Source: an uncultured euryarchaeote
GTDB lineage: Archaea > Thermoplasmatota > Poseidoniia > Poseidoniales > Poseidoniaceae
Direction: 5' to 3'
Length of the DNA stretch: 64,000 bases
Assembly (NCBI GenBank): GCA_937892945.1
Contig: CALBIL010000038.1
Coordinates: 66,102 to 130,101, forward strand
The translations under genes and the position numbers were made by a program. Numbering within the stretch: the first letter of the stretch is position 1; each line of letters opens with the position of its first letter. The notes under the pieces were generated by a model, which saw only the letters and a list, made by a program, of their open reading frames with translations, was not told where the DNA came from and ran no database searches. This document shows positions 15,190-23,925 of the stretch, in pieces.

Positions 15190-16557
15190 ATGGAGGCAGA
15201 GGTTGAGTTCGATAAAGATTCAACCAGCGATGGCGACATGCTGTTGCAATTAGCCGGAAATGAAACATCATTGCTCGGTTTACTTCAAACCTTACTTTCT
15301 CCAAGGACACTCCCCCACTTGGCATTAATCGTTGGACTATCGACGCTCCTCTATTGGATTGCCAACAACGATAATTCTGGTGAGATCGCAGCACTTGGAT
15401 TCATATCTCTCTCGTGCGGGTACGGTCTAACTGCAATGTTCTCAAACAATGAACGTATCCAATCATGGATTCGACTCAAAGACCAATCTGAACATGAGGT
15501 AAAGTTGAGCCTGTTTGTTCGATTATTTTCGAGTTTCAAAATTTGCATATTCCCTTTGGTTGTATCAGGAGTACTGGGTTTATTCACCATACTGTTGTTT
15601 GCACAGGAATCCATCGTTGATTTACCGACCATATTCCCGCTTGGCCTCGGCTCACTGTTCGTACTTTGGGCCATTGCACAAGGACGGTCGTTTGGTTCAT
15701 GGACTTCCTCACTTGCAGCGAAACGCTTACCCGAATCGGAAAGCACTACTGGAAATATAAAAATAATGACAACCACCCAAATCAGTGCACTGTTAATCAT
15801 TTCCGTACTCGGGATTAGTGGATTCGAGTTTCTTTATGAAAAGAAGTGGGATGTCGCAGACGCGATAATCTCCAATATCGGTTTCTTCGCTTTGGCAATT
15901 TCAGCATATGGATTAACCGTGGCTTTGACTTGGAAATACCGGCAAATAGCACTCCGAGACAAGGCATTGAAGCAATTTGCTTCTCGTTGGACAATGTTCG
16001 CCCATGTGTTTGCCACCTGGCACCTCCTCACCGTTTGGAGGCAAATGGTGATGTCACCGGGAACAATTGAAGTCTTCATTGAAGAAGTGTTGTTGATGAT
16101 GTTTACCGTCTTCATGGCAATTTGGACCATTACTTCACAATCAGTCGGGGCAAAGTTCAGATTTATTTCCACAGATAACGCACTCCCATGGGGACTTTCC
16201 TTTGGCTACGCATATGCAGGAAGTGTTGCCATGTTAGCCACTGCATTCAATGACATTACCTATGTGATGGTGACCGGGCACATCATTGCGTTTCTGACCA
16301 TCACTTGGATGCAGAGAAGCGTTCTCGCACGCATTATCGACCAACATGATTTCGAAGTCGAAGTGTCTCGAGTTACAGAACAATCAAGAGATACACCGGA
16401 ACGACCAGCCCGTAACAACGCACCCGTGGAAGAAACAAAATCATCAGAAAACCCCGTTACTTCATCCGATGAAATAGAAGTGCAGTGGGATGGTGCAGTT
16501 GGGCCTACGATCAGTGATGATGTCGAATGGGGTGACGTCATCGAATTAAACGACTAG
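15190..16557 (+). CDS. Hypothetical polytopic membrane protein with acidic C-terminal tail
   Basis: 455-aa ORF with about 10 hydrophobic segments. Confidence 0.75.
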   Translation: MEAEVEFDKDSTSDGDMLLQLAGNETSLLGLLQTLLSPRTLPHLALIVGLSTLLYWIANNDNSGEIAALGFISLSCGYGLTAMFSNNERIQSWIRLKDQSEHEVKLSLFVRLFSSFKICIFPLVVSGVLGLFTILLFAQESIVDLPTIFPLGLGSLFVLWAIAQGRSFGSWTSSLAAKRLPESESTTGNIKIMTTTQISALLIISVLGISGFEFLYEKKWDVADAIISNIGFFALAISAYGLTVALTWKYRQIALRDKALKQFASRWTMFAHVFATWHLLTVWRQMVMSPGTIEVFIEEVLLMMFTVFMAIWTITSQSVGAKFRFISTDNALPWGLSFGYAYAGSVAMLATAFNDITYVMVTGHIIAFLTITWMQRSVLARIIDQHDFEVEVSRVTEQSRDTPERPARNNAPVEETKSSENPVTSSDEIEVQWDGAVGPTISDDVEWGDVIELND

Positions 16558-17471
16558 GAACTCGGTTGAATGCCTGAAAGAAGTGTAACAACCCGGATTG
16601 TGTCTTCAAGGTCTTCACTTACTCGAGCACCCAAAATAACTTGGGCATTTGGGTCCAAAGCTTGCGTGAACATATTGGCGACTTCCTCGAGTTGACCGAT
16701 AGTCATCCCGATTCCACCCTCGACTTGAATCAAACAGCCTTGGGCACCTCCAACATCAAGTTCAGCTAATGGAGCCATCATAGCAGATTCGAGAATTCCT
16801 TCCGGGTCATCGGGTTTACCGATACCAACTAACATGGTCGCTTCGCCTTTCTTTTCGACAATCGCCCTCAAATCCATGAGGTCCAAATTAATGAGACCCA
16901 TGCGCATTAAAGTCCGCACTAATCCTTCAACCAAATCTTCAACCCATTCAGCACCCATTTGCCAAGCAGTGCCCTGTTCGCGTGCTTGCCTTGCAAGGCG
17001 TTCCAGCGAAAGCCGAACCGTAACATGAGCATTTTTCTCGAGTCTGTGAAGGCCTTCTTCAGCAATCGTTGCACGGGTTTCTTGAACATCAAAAGGCAAA
17101 GCTGCTACGGCTACAACGATTGCACCCGATTGGCGTGCTTGCCGGGCAAATTCATGAGCAGCACCCGTTCCTGTACCGCCACCAAGGCCAACGAGTAAGA
17201 GAACTAATTCGACGGGCTCGAGCACAGTTCGAGCAAGAGCGGAATACCCACGCATCCGTTGTTCTGCCAAAGGTGGCAATGCTGCACAACCCAACGGGTC
17301 TAGGGCGTGACCTAAACGTAGTAGGTGTGCTGATTCGCTGTTTTCAAAACTCGAGTCGTCTGCATCCACTAAACACATGTCAGCAAAGCCTTCACAACGT
17401 GCATGCGCACCTTTTGCCCATGAGCAACCCAATCCACCAATACCTGCGATGAGGATATGAGACGCTTCCAT
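16554..17471 (-). CDS. Divergent FtsZ/tubulin-family GTPase
   Basis: GIGGLG, tubulin signature GLGGGTGTG, LPFDVQ, T7-like GLINLDLMDL, C-terminal IRVVTLLSG. Confidence 0.85.
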   Translation of the reverse strand: MEASHILIAGIGGLGCSWAKGAHARCEGFADMCLVDADDSSFENSESAHLLRLGHALDPLGCAALPPLAEQRMRGYSALARTVLEPVELVLLLVGLGGGTGTGAAHEFARQARQSGAIVVAVAALPFDVQETRATIAEEGLHRLEKNAHVTVRLSLERLARQAREQGTAWQMGAEWVEDLVEGLVRTLMRMGLINLDLMDLRAIVEKKGEATMLVGIGKPDDPEGILESAMMAPLAELDVGGAQGCLIQVEGGIGMTIGQLEEVANMFTQALDPNAQVILGARVSEDLEDTIRVVTLLSGIQPSS

Positions 17472-17521
17472 GGTGGGCCTTTGAACCGAACATCAATGAA
17501 CTTTGGCTGTGTTTAAACTCA

Positions 17522-17815
17522 TCAAACATAACGTAAATATCGCCGCCGAGCATCTCTCGCCCATGCATTATCAGGTTCAAGGGTAAGCACTTTGTCATAA
17601 TATTCAATCGCCGTTTCAAATTCGGAAAGGTGACGGCCATACAAATGACCGAGATTCGAAAGTACAGGGATACAATTGGCATCGATCTCAATCATCGAGA
17701 GAAGTAACCGTTCTGCAGCCCCAAGATCATTGCGTAACATCATCTCTTCTGCCTGGTCAAGTTGTTCAAGTTGCTCTGGAGTCAGTTCGTAAGTGTTCTC
17801 GAAGTGGTTCGCCAT
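17522..17815 (-). CDS. Small tetratricopeptide-repeat protein
   Basis: VLSNLGHLY...AIEYYDKVLTLEPDNAWA matches the TPR consensus; likely ATG at 17815. Confidence 0.8.
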   Translation of the reverse strand: MANHFENTYELTPEQLEQLDQAEEMMLRNDLGAAERLLLSMIEIDANCIPVLSNLGHLYGRHLSEFETAIEYYDKVLTLEPDNAWARDARRRYLRYV

Positions 17816-18034
17816 AGTTATTCTCCAATCAGTGCTCGGGGCAATCATTGAAGAAGTCTCCCTCTCAAAGTCTTGGTTTTAGGCGTGATTGAATGGAATC
17901 GGAGGAGAAATGCGAGCCACGAACGCACCTCTTTTGGTTTTTAAAAACGACATACTGCGTCGGTATTTTTGATGGCTTTGGCTGGGAATGTTTAAGGAGC
18001 ACTTGCGAGTGGGTCGAATCACTTAGGTGAGGCT

Positions 18035-18862
18035 ATGCGCGGGAGCACATTTTCTATACGTTCGGGAGTGGTACTCGCGCTTGCCATTTTACTTTTCGTT
18101 CCGGGTTTTGCTTCGTCACTCCACGGAGGCATTGGTGGCGCCCAGGACAACGCCGGCGAAACGATTGATGACGTCGCTAAAGAAGGCTGTCTTTGCCATA
18201 ATGGCGCCGCTGACAATTCAGTTCAAATCATACTCGACGATGTCCCATACGGATGGATTGGTGGCGAAACATACACATTGACCCTCCAAATCATCGGTGG
18301 ACCAGCCGCCACAGGAACATACACTGCAGGATTTTCAATGCGAACAACCGCCGGCATCCTTTCGGGCGATGGTTTGCAAAACTGGGAAGGCGATGTTACG
18401 ACCCTCACACACACTGAATCAACGGCGAATGTGGCTGAACGGATGTGGGTATTCACATGGCAAGCACCAGAAACAGGCGCAGACACAGTCAACTTCTGGA
18501 TTACAGGAAACTCAGTCAACGGCGACCAATTGAATAATGGTGGCGGTGAAGAAGACCGTTGGAACCAATTGCTGTTCCCCCTTCAAGAAGGAAGCGATTC
18601 AACCAGTGCACTTGGAACTCGGACCCTGTTTGCCGGCGATGGAAATGTCAGCCCACCTCAACCGGAATCTCATGGCGTCGACCTTGAGCACATGGGTGCT
18701 GAACTCCGAGCCCATTGGCTTGGATTGCTTGGGTTTGGAGCAGTTCTGATCGTCATTGCTTTTGCAGGACTCATGCTCCGATACAGTTTCTCAACATCAT
18801 ACACCGGACGTACAAATCAATTGCGATTGCGATACAAACTCATGCGACGAGGTGACCAGTGA
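18035..18862 (+). CDS. Secreted membrane-anchored Reeler/choice-of-anchor-V-like protein with CxCH motif; first gene of the Rieske/b operon
   Basis: Signal peptide, GCLCHNG, GWIGGETYTLTLQI, WVFTWQAP...VNFWITGNSVNGD (Reeler-like), C-terminal TM helix; stop overlaps the next start. Confidence 0.7.
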   Translation: MRGSTFSIRSGVVLALAILLFVPGFASSLHGGIGGAQDNAGETIDDVAKEGCLCHNGAADNSVQIILDDVPYGWIGGETYTLTLQIIGGPAATGTYTAGFSMRTTAGILSGDGLQNWEGDVTTLTHTESTANVAERMWVFTWQAPETGADTVNFWITGNSVNGDQLNNGGGEEDRWNQLLFPLQEGSDSTSALGTRTLFAGDGNVSPPQPESHGVDLEHMGAELRAHWLGLLGFGAVLIVIAFAGLMLRYSFSTSYTGRTNQLRLRYKLMRRGDQ

Positions 18863-19305
18863 TGGACGATACAATCACCACGCTGTTACGCAAGGTCGCA
18901 AGTGGGAAAGTAAGTGTCGAGGATGCCCGTGTTGCCCTCGAAGATGCTTCTTTGACTGAAGACCAAATGCAATCCGCTATCGACCATGGTGTATTCAATC
19001 TCGCCGAATCAGGAACACTGGTCAGTGCATCGCTTGCACCATCAGGCGCTTCGAACCTGATTATGATCTTCTTTGTCTGGGGCCTTTTCTGGTCGTGCTA
19101 CTGGGTATTCTCAATGATTTATGGACTTGCTCAAGGCTGGGACCAACAGCAACTCGCCTATCACCTCGCCATGATGTTGATCACACTCTGTTTGATGGGA
19201 ATGGCTTACCTTAAGTTCGTATTACCGAATGCAATTATTGTCAAGCATGGAATGAATAAGTTCGTTCCAGAACATACAAAGGATTGGAAGGAGTACAAGT
19301 GGTGA
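18859..19305 (+). CDS. Small 2-TM membrane protein with SHOCT-like N-terminus; probable accessory subunit
   Basis: LLRKVASGKVSVEDARVALE followed by two TM helices; translationally coupled within the operon. Confidence 0.7.
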   Translation: MMDDTITTLLRKVASGKVSVEDARVALEDASLTEDQMQSAIDHGVFNLAESGTLVSASLAPSGASNLIMIFFVWGLFWSCYWVFSMIYGLAQGWDQQQLAYHLAMMLITLCLMGMAYLKFVLPNAIIVKHGMNKFVPEHTKDWKEYKW

Positions 19306-19311
19306 AGATCT

Positions 19312-20157
19312 ATGGCACGTGAATACGACCTCAAACCAGCTCCTTCATCCGGAGACAGCACGGGTGGAGATACGTCTTCCTCGGTGAACCGCCGTCAATT
19401 TTTGCGCTACGGGTTTAACACCGCAACAGGTGTCTTGGCTGCGTCTCTTGGCGTTCTTGGTTTCGCCGCTATTTTGCTTCCACCGGGTGGCACGAACGAA
19501 GGTGAACTCGGCGTCAAGTTCTGGGCAAAGGGTCGAGAAGACAGCGCTTGGTATGGTGCAAAGCACGAACAAATGATGATGCGGCAAGATTTCGTTGATG
19601 AAGCTGCAAAGTCAAACACTGAGACCTCTGGAGCTGCTGGAATTTGGAATGGAGTCCCTGTCGTAGTTACCTACGTCACCCATTCCCAATATGCAAACAC
19701 TCCTTTGTCAAACGGTAAAGCCCGATTCCAATTCACCGAGGGAGTCGATGAGACAGGAAAAACCATCGGCCATTTTGAAGATTTGAGTGACGCTGACCCT
19801 CGCCTGCTACCATCCGATAACTTGGTGATGATCTTTGCCCGTTGCACCCACTTGTGCTGTATACCTGGTTGGCAATTAGTTTCGAACTCTTTTACTGAAG
19901 ATTCATGGACGCCAGGTGGCGGAGACGATGGTGGCACCAAACTGTTCTGTATTTGCCACTCATCCCGATTCGACCCTACCGTACTCGAGATGAATACCAA
20001 TAGAAACCGTGGCGATGGTTCGACGTTCAACTACGCAGGTATTCGGCGTGCTGGAGGACCTGCTCCTGTCGGACTACCAATTATTCCAATTGTTCTCAAT
20101 GGAGATGCAATAGAAGGCATCGTTGACTATTTGGATTGGTACACATATTGTGACTGA
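19312..20157 (+). CDS. Rieske 2Fe-2S subunit of a Rieske/cytochrome b complex
   Basis: Tat motif VNRRQFL plus TM helix; box 1 CTHLCC, box 2 CICHSSRF; GPAP. Confidence 0.93.
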   Translation: MAREYDLKPAPSSGDSTGGDTSSSVNRRQFLRYGFNTATGVLAASLGVLGFAAILLPPGGTNEGELGVKFWAKGREDSAWYGAKHEQMMMRQDFVDEAAKSNTETSGAAGIWNGVPVVVTYVTHSQYANTPLSNGKARFQFTEGVDETGKTIGHFEDLSDADPRLLPSDNLVMIFARCTHLCCIPGWQLVSNSFTEDSWTPGGGDDGGTKLFCICHSSRFDPTVLEMNTNRNRGDGSTFNYAGIRRAGGPAPVGLPIIPIVLNGDAIEGIVDYLDWYTYCD

Positions 20158-20168
20158 GGTGATTATGT

Positions 20169-21035
20169 ATGACAACAATGTTTTGGATTCTTTGGTTTTT
20201 CATCGCCTTCGTGGTCGTGTTAGTCGCATTGACTCTTCGTCAAGAGAGCAGTGATATGCCTCGTCGAGAAATTCTTCGAGCAGTTGAATCAACTGGTAAG
20301 ATGGGCTTTGCAGAACGTTTGTTCTTGTGGGTATTCTCATGGCTCGATACCCGTTTCCGCCTCCAAGACTACTGGAACATGTCCAAAGGTGCCTATTACA
20401 ACATGCATCGACAGATGCCATTGTCTCACGCTGAGAAGTATAAACTCAGAATTATTTGGTACTGGTATCCACTGTATTGTCTCGGAGGTATTTCCTTCCT
20501 TTCATTCATTATATTGGTCATCACAGGAACTGTCCTTGGAATTTACTACGTACCTGGCGGAGAAGGGGATCCTTCACCTGCCTACGCAAGTATGCAATTC
20601 ATCATGACTGAACTTCCATTCGGCTATATTATTCGTGCAGTTCATCACTGGGCGACTCACTTCATGGTTGCCAGTGTATTTCTCCATATGTGTCGTGTTT
20701 ACTTCACCGGTGCTTACCGCAACCCTCGTGAACTCAACTGGCTGATTGGAGTTGCACTAATGGCATTAACCATTGTCTTTGGATATTCGGGCTACCTCCT
20801 ACCATGGGATTCATTGGCTTACGGTGCCGCTGTAATTGGAATTAACTTAGCCAATTCAAGCCCCTTGGTTGGTAAATATATTGCCACTTTACTGTTTAGT
20901 GGCTCTTCACTTACTTCACTAACTGTAACTCGGATGTATTTCATTCACGTCTTCATTCTCCCCGTGATTGTGACTACGCTGATCATTATTCACTTATTCA
21001 TTGTCTGGGTACAGGGCATTGCAGAACCACATTGA
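20169..21035 (+). CDS. Cytochrome b6-type (short, split) cytochrome b
   Basis: YCLGG (heme ci Cys position), His pairs in RAVHHW...FLHM and IHVF...IIHL (14-residue spacing), GYLLPW, ends QGIAEPH. Confidence 0.95.
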   Translation: MTTMFWILWFFIAFVVVLVALTLRQESSDMPRREILRAVESTGKMGFAERLFLWVFSWLDTRFRLQDYWNMSKGAYYNMHRQMPLSHAEKYKLRIIWYWYPLYCLGGISFLSFIILVITGTVLGIYYVPGGEGDPSPAYASMQFIMTELPFGYIIRAVHHWATHFMVASVFLHMCRVYFTGAYRNPRELNWLIGVALMALTIVFGYSGYLLPWDSLAYGAAVIGINLANSSPLVGKYIATLLFSGSSLTSLTVTRMYFIHVFILPVIVTTLIIIHLFIVWVQGIAEPH

Positions 21036-21052
21036 TATTCGGAGGATAATAC

Positions 21053-23881
21053 ATGGGACTAATCGAGAATTTCGGACGTGTGGCTTCTTCCTATATGGAA
21101 GAGAAAGAGCAATTGCAAGCTGTAGAGGGTAAGCGAACCCGTACTCGAACAGGTCATGGATTCTGGCCACACGAAGTTCTTCGTGATGCCATACTGCTTT
21201 CATTCATGACTGCAGTTCTTCTGTTCTATGCATGGTTGATTCCACCACCACTTCACGGTGCTGCTGACCCCTATGCACAAGCTGGTTTCGTGTTCCCTGA
21301 TTGGTACGTATTGTTCTCATACGGGTATTTACGTTGGGGAGAATATCTCCCACAATTCACTGTTCCAACTGGATTCATTGGTGAAATTGTTGGCCAACCT
21401 GTCTTCCCATGGAACGCAGCATGGTGGGGAGCAGCACTCACTGGTATTCCAGTCAGTATCCTTGCTCTACCTCCGTTCCTTGGTGGACGTGAAAAGCGAC
21501 CTGTTGAAGATCCTTGGTTTGCTACTGCTGGCGCAGTCTATCTGGCTCACATCTGGTTTATTTCCGTCTTTTCAATCAATATTTTCTTGGAGTTATATGC
21601 GAAAAACCGTTCGGACTTTTGTAAACTCGATAGCCACGGCGATTTGTTATGTGGTACAAGAGAACCTTGGGTTGCTGACGCGTTCAATACCATCCCCTGG
21701 GTTATGACGGGTGTTCTTGCTTGGATCTGTATCTATTTCTTGGCCCGTGGATTGATTGTCAAAGCATGGGGTGCTGGATTCAAGCCAAGTCATGCAAAGC
21801 AAATACTCATTGGAACACTCTTGATTTCGACTGCAGGAACCGTCGCTACATGGGACACTTACGATGATGGTTTTTGGGACCAAGGCGGATTGCTTACAAT
21901 CAAGGGACTAACCCACGATTACTATCCTGAACTCGAAGCCATGCGCACTCAACCAACGGATGTTCAGGTCCATGCTACAAACGAATTCACAGATGACCGA
22001 GGCTGGAGTGAATCTGAAACGGTACCAACGACTGCTTGGATGGATTGGGTAATTTACCAACCTGCTCGCTATATCCTTACTGACTTTAATGATGCGAATG
22101 GACATCAAGATGCTGCAAACGGAATCAATGCTGCATCCGATGCAACGACCTTCAACGGTGGCGAAGGCTGGATTACAACTGGCTCTTTCACCGTCACTGA
22201 AGACATGGCATTATTCCCCGATGGGCACCATGAAAGTGTGGAAACACTCACAACAGACCTCATTTGTGAATACCGTTCTTCAGAGCGAAAAATCAATGAC
22301 ATCTCAACTGTATCGATGATCGCTACCACTTTATCCGTGGCCAATAGCAATGGAGACATTGTATCTTCATTCGATAATTGTCTCGGTGCTACGGTTGAAT
22401 TACCCGTTGGAACCTATGACTACACCTACTCGGTTGCCGTCAGTGGTGCTCTTGCACTGAACAACAGTATTCAAACTGAAACTTCTTTCTCCATCGCTTC
22501 TTTCCAACCGCTCTTGGTTTGGAACGAAGATGCACCCGCATCTCTAGCAGGCATGACGGTCAATCTTTCAAATGCTGAAGAAATGGCAATTGGTGGGACG
22601 CAATTTTCCTCCGTTGAAAACCCAACGTACCATACCAATCCCAAAGCACTCGATGCCAAACTCACCTATGCAATGTTCATTCCTTGTTTGACTTTTGGTG
22701 CAATGGTCTTCATTCTTCTACGCTCAATGGGTCGTGGATATGAGTTTGAGATGAACAAGTGCTACGGCTGTGACTTGTGCGACGATGCTTGTCCTGTTCG
22801 TTTGTTTAATGGTGGAGACAAACTCAATATCATTTACAATTCGTGGAACAATGAGGACGATGGTGTACCCATGTATTCCTGTCTGACCTGTACCGCATGT
22901 ACAAATGCGTGCCCTCAACTGGTTGATTACGACTCATACGTTGACATTCGGCGCTCCCTTATTGTCGGTGGACCACAAGCTGAAATTGCACACACTGTAC
23001 TGCAGGCAGTTCTTGCAGCTGAAGCTGAAGAAACGGCAAATGATGATTTCATCACCGTCAAAGATTACCCATTGACTTCCAACATCGGATATTACCCTGG
23101 ATGTGTTGATTACCTCGACCAAGAGATGGTGTTCTCACACGTCAATGAAGGTGACATGAACCTCGGTGATGCTACAACCTCTGCCTTCACCTTATTCGAT
23201 GAGATGGAAATGGATGTATCGTACCTTGGACGGGACTTCTTGAAGTGCTGTGGACACGACCAAAAGTGGCAAGGGCTCGATGAAGTATTTGACAAACTCA
23301 AAGCCTACAATCAAAAGAAGATTGAACAATCTGGCATTGATACTCTTGTGTCTTCATGCGCTGAATGTTTCCGAACCTTTGCTCGTGATTACGAACTTGA
23401 AGGCGTCAAGGTCATGCATACGACTGAATTCTTGATTGAAAATGGATTCGATATGAACCTCAAGGCAGAGGAAGAAACAACCGTTACCTATCACGACCCA
23501 TGTCGACTTGGACGTCAAATGGGAATCTATGAAGAACCAAGGCAACTTATTGCTGGTGTTGAAGGCGTAGAGATCGTCGAAATGGAACACAGCGGCGAAG
23601 ATGCAATGTGCTGTGGAGTCTCGAGCATGATGTCATGTAACGAAAACGCTCGTTCACTCCGTGTCACTCGCATGGAAGAAATTCGTGCTACTGGTGCAGA
23701 TACAATGCTGACCTCTTGTCCAAAGTGTGTCTCACACTTTGAATGTCTCAAGTTTGAAGGCGATGAGCGATACGAAGATATTGAGATTCTCGATGTTGTT
23801 TCTTTCCTTGCTCGCCAAGTTGAAGCGAAGAAGGCACGAGCTGTATCTGAATCAAGTACTGTACTCGAAGTCGAAGCTTGA
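21053..23881 (+). CDS. Cytochrome b subunit IV (PetD-like) fused to an extramembrane domain and an HdrD/GlpC-like Fe-S module
   Basis: FWPHEV, ADP...PDWY (Qo PEWY motif), PFLG...RP; then CYGCDLCDDACP and CLTCTACTNACP; then two CCG domains (YYPGC..CCG..SCAEC; YHDPC..CCG..SCPKC). Confidence 0.9.
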   Translation: MGLIENFGRVASSYMEEKEQLQAVEGKRTRTRTGHGFWPHEVLRDAILLSFMTAVLLFYAWLIPPPLHGAADPYAQAGFVFPDWYVLFSYGYLRWGEYLPQFTVPTGFIGEIVGQPVFPWNAAWWGAALTGIPVSILALPPFLGGREKRPVEDPWFATAGAVYLAHIWFISVFSINIFLELYAKNRSDFCKLDSHGDLLCGTREPWVADAFNTIPWVMTGVLAWICIYFLARGLIVKAWGAGFKPSHAKQILIGTLLISTAGTVATWDTYDDGFWDQGGLLTIKGLTHDYYPELEAMRTQPTDVQVHATNEFTDDRGWSESETVPTTAWMDWVIYQPARYILTDFNDANGHQDAANGINAASDATTFNGGEGWITTGSFTVTEDMALFPDGHHESVETLTTDLICEYRSSERKINDISTVSMIATTLSVANSNGDIVSSFDNCLGATVELPVGTYDYTYSVAVSGALALNNSIQTETSFSIASFQPLLVWNEDAPASLAGMTVNLSNAEEMAIGGTQFSSVENPTYHTNPKALDAKLTYAMFIPCLTFGAMVFILLRSMGRGYEFEMNKCYGCDLCDDACPVRLFNGGDKLNIIYNSWNNEDDGVPMYSCLTCTACTNACPQLVDYDSYVDIRRSLIVGGPQAEIAHTVLQAVLAAEAEETANDDFITVKDYPLTSNIGYYPGCVDYLDQEMVFSHVNEGDMNLGDATTSAFTLFDEMEMDVSYLGRDFLKCCGHDQKWQGLDEVFDKLKAYNQKKIEQSGIDTLVSSCAECFRTFARDYELEGVKVMHTTEFLIENGFDMNLKAEEETTVTYHDPCRLGRQMGIYEEPRQLIAGVEGVEIVEMEHSGEDAMCCGVSSMMSCNENARSLRVTRMEEIRATGADTMLTSCPKCVSHFECLKFEGDERYEDIEILDVVSFLARQVEAKKARAVSESSTVLEVEA

Positions 23882-23925
23882 TTTGACGGAAAAAAGTTTA
23901 TCATTGCAATTGACCACCTTGAGTC

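Noticed and set aside
21053-23881. Evidence of methanogenesis from the Hdr-like domains
   Set aside because: CCG domains are widespread outside methanogens, and no mcr, mtr or coenzyme M/B genes are in the window.
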